From contig CAVYYZ010000008.1 of NCBI GenBank assembly GCA_963772835.1, positions 192,001-256,000 on the forward strand: a DNA stretch of 64,000 nt, read 5' to 3'. Under the pieces are notes generated by a model. It did no database searches. It was not told where the DNA came from and worked only from the letters and a program-made list of their open reading frames with translations. Source of the DNA: an uncultured delta proteobacterium (GTDB lineage: Bacteria; Desulfobacterota; Desulfuromonadia; Geobacterales; Pseudopelobacteraceae). This document shows positions 62,021 to 64,000 of this stretch, piece by piece (position 1 is the first letter of the stretch; every line of letters starts with the position of its first letter). Made by a program: the position numbers and the translations under genes.

Positions 62021-63403
62021 GTGACATCACCAAAAAAAGATTTTTTGCATTCCTTATGGGATTTTTTCTGTTCACTTAAGCTGACCATGTTCCTGCTGAT
62101 CTCCCTGGCGGTCATCTCGATTATAGGGACGGTTATCCCCCAGGGAATCCCTCCCGAGGAATATCTTGCTCAGATCAGTCCGGCCAAAATCAAGCTATAC
62201 AAAGCGCTTGGTTTTTTCGATATGTACCATTCATGGTGGTTCATTTTGCTGCTCTACCTGTTGACCGTCAACCTCATTGCCTGTTCCATCAAACGTTTGC
62301 CCCACATCTGGAAGATAGTTACCCGCCCGGAAACGATTCTGAGTGGAACTCTTGAAAAAACCCTGGCCAATGTAGCCACCATCAAAACCCCGGACGAACC
62401 GTCAGCAGTCAAAGAGCGGATTGTCACCTTTTTGAGTACCGGATTTGCCGAACCGGTCGTTACAGAGGTTGACGGTGCATGGCACCTCTTTGCCCAGAAA
62501 ACTCCCTGGTGCAGACTGTCTGTCTATTTTGTCCACCTGAGTGTCATCATCATCTTTATCGGTGCCATGGCAGGCTCTCTGTTCGGCTACAAAGGCTTCG
62601 TCAATATCCTCGAAGGAGAGAGCGTATCAAAGGTCATGCTGCGTTCGGAAAAGGAGCTTGACCTGGGTTTTTCCCTGCGCCTCGAGCAATTCAGTGTGAC
62701 AAAATATCCATCCGGAGCACCGAAGGAGTTCAAAAGCATCCTGACGGTACTGGAGAACGGCAAACCGGTGCCCGATTACACAAATGCCCGGGTTATCGTC
62801 AACGATCCGTTGACCTATAAAGGGATTACTTTTTATCAATCAAGTTACGGCAATGCCGGTAATTATTACCTGACAATCACGGATCTTGATGGCAAAAATC
62901 CTGTCCCTTTGACCGTTTCCGGCCAATCTTCAGTGACCCTGCCCGACGGCAGCAGCTTGCACGTTCTTGAGGCAACACAGGACGTTTCCCAATTTGCACA
63001 GGGAGTTTCAGGTCCGGCAGCCCAGGTCGAGCTGCATACCGCCAACGGTAAAACGGAGAGTTTTGTCATCTATGCCAACCATCCTGAACTGAACATCCGG
63101 CATGCGCAGCAGCATGGCACCGGTCCGGTAATTCATTACAAGGGCGCCGAAGAAAGGATGTACACTGGTCTGCAGGTGGCAAAGGATCCCGGAGTATGGG
63201 TCGTCTGGCTGGGATGCTTTCTGATGGTGTTCGGTATCTATGCCGCCTTTTTCCTGTCGCACCGCCGGATTTGGGTGCGCATCCATGGCGGAACCGTCAC
63301 TATCGGCGGAAATGCCAGCAAAAATCAGAGTGATTTCCTGCACACGTTCGAAAGTCTCGTCGAACGCCTCAAAACCGATCTTGCCAAGGAGCAACAGCCA
63401 TGA
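62021..63403 (+). CDS. resB: Cytochrome c biogenesis system II protein ResB
   Basis: IIGTVIPQ, DMYHSWWF, VNDPL...G..FYQSSY, GLQVAKDPG. Confidence 0.93.
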   Translation: MTSPKKDFLHSLWDFFCSLKLTMFLLISLAVISIIGTVIPQGIPPEEYLAQISPAKIKLYKALGFFDMYHSWWFILLLYLLTVNLIACSIKRLPHIWKIVTRPETILSGTLEKTLANVATIKTPDEPSAVKERIVTFLSTGFAEPVVTEVDGAWHLFAQKTPWCRLSVYFVHLSVIIIFIGAMAGSLFGYKGFVNILEGESVSKVMLRSEKELDLGFSLRLEQFSVTKYPSGAPKEFKSILTVLENGKPVPDYTNARVIVNDPLTYKGITFYQSSYGNAGNYYLTITDLDGKNPVPLTVSGQSSVTLPDGSSLHVLEATQDVSQFAQGVSGPAAQVELHTANGKTESFVIYANHPELNIRHAQQHGTGPVIHYKGAEERMYTGLQVAKDPGVWVVWLGCFLMVFGIYAAFFLSHRRIWVRIHGGTVTIGGNASKNQSDFLHTFESLVERLKTDLAKEQQP

Positions 63404-64000
63404 CCAGTTCATTGCTTTTCAATATCACCACCTTTGCCTATCTCATATCCATGCTGATTTTCTTCGGGTTTCTTGCCAGCCGCACTAAAACGCTCGGCAC
63501 AGTCGCCATGGTGGTCGCCTACGCCGGCCTGTTTGCTCAGTCAGTGGCCATCGGTCTACGCTGGAAGGAATCCTACGACATGGGGATTGGACACGCTCCT
63601 CTCTCCAACCTGTACGAATCGGTGGTGTTTTTCTCCTGGACGATCGTGCTGATCTATGCCCTGCTTGATATCAAATTCAAATACCGGGTGATCGGCGCCT
63701 TTGTCATGCCCTTTGCACTGCTCGGTATGGCCTGGGCACAGCTCGGCATGAACACCGGTATCGAACCGCTTGTACCTGCCTTGCAAAGTAACTGGCTGCT
63801 CTATCACGTTATTACATGCTTTCTCGGTTACGCCGCCTTCGCCGTGGCGTGCGGCATCTCCATCATGTATCTGATCAAAGCGGGGAGTGAAGAGTCAGCT
63901 GACAAGCCGGCCGGCAGCGGTCTTCTCGGTATGTTTCCACCCATGAAGGTGCTGGATGACCTGAACTATCGGGCAATTATGGTCGGTTTTCCATTGCTGA
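63400..64000 (+). CDS. resC: Cytochrome c biogenesis system II protein ResC/CcsB (partial)
   Basis: ATGA overlap; GHAPLSNLYES, LVPALQSNWL..HV, LDDLNYR...GFP. Confidence 0.92.
   Translation, partial: MTSSLLFNITTFAYLISMLIFFGFLASRTKTLGTVAMVVAYAGLFAQSVAIGLRWKESYDMGIGHAPLSNLYESVVFFSWTIVLIYALLDIKFKYRVIGAFVMPFALLGMAWAQLGMNTGIEPLVPALQSNWLLYHVITCFLGYAAFAVACGISIMYLIKAGSEESADKPAGSGLLGMFPPMKVLDDLNYRAIMVGFPLL

Noticed and set aside
59059..64000. bc-type complex and resBC as novel
   Set aside because: Expected core Geobacteraceae respiratory and maturation genes.

Overview
Window from a Geobacteraceae/Desulfuromonadia-like chromosome (inferred from GEMM-Ib riboswitches, a Rieske-cytochrome b-multiheme c cluster, ResB/ResC and the dapA-dapB-dapL order). 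It has four parts. (1) 1-12.6 kb: a minus-strand locus of DUF11/Ig-repeat secreted proteins plus a giant DUF11-OmpA-beta-barrel protein, partly frameshifted. (2) 12.8-19.1 kb: tag, dapA, dapB, an MshEN-PilB/GspE ATPase and dapL. (3) About 19.1-54.5 kb: an accessory region of 1-3-gene modules in mixed orientation. It is punctuated by ten or more copies of a GGCGGCC-loop-GGCCGCC hairpin, often preceded by a GGGG..CATAC..TAATT motif, and littered with gene remnants. It contains a toxin-antitoxin pair, two UGA-recoded selenoprotein genes, and a tandem c-AMP-GMP-type riboswitch ahead of an L,D-transpeptidase / Lpp-OprI-like lipoprotein / YafK(DpaA)-like operon. (4) 54.7-64 kb: Ig-domain lipoprotein, small OM barrel, PBP1A, bc-type complex and cytochrome c maturation system II. 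No tRNA, rRNA, CRISPR array, integrase or transposase was found. Family assignments come from motif recognition by eye, not database searches.
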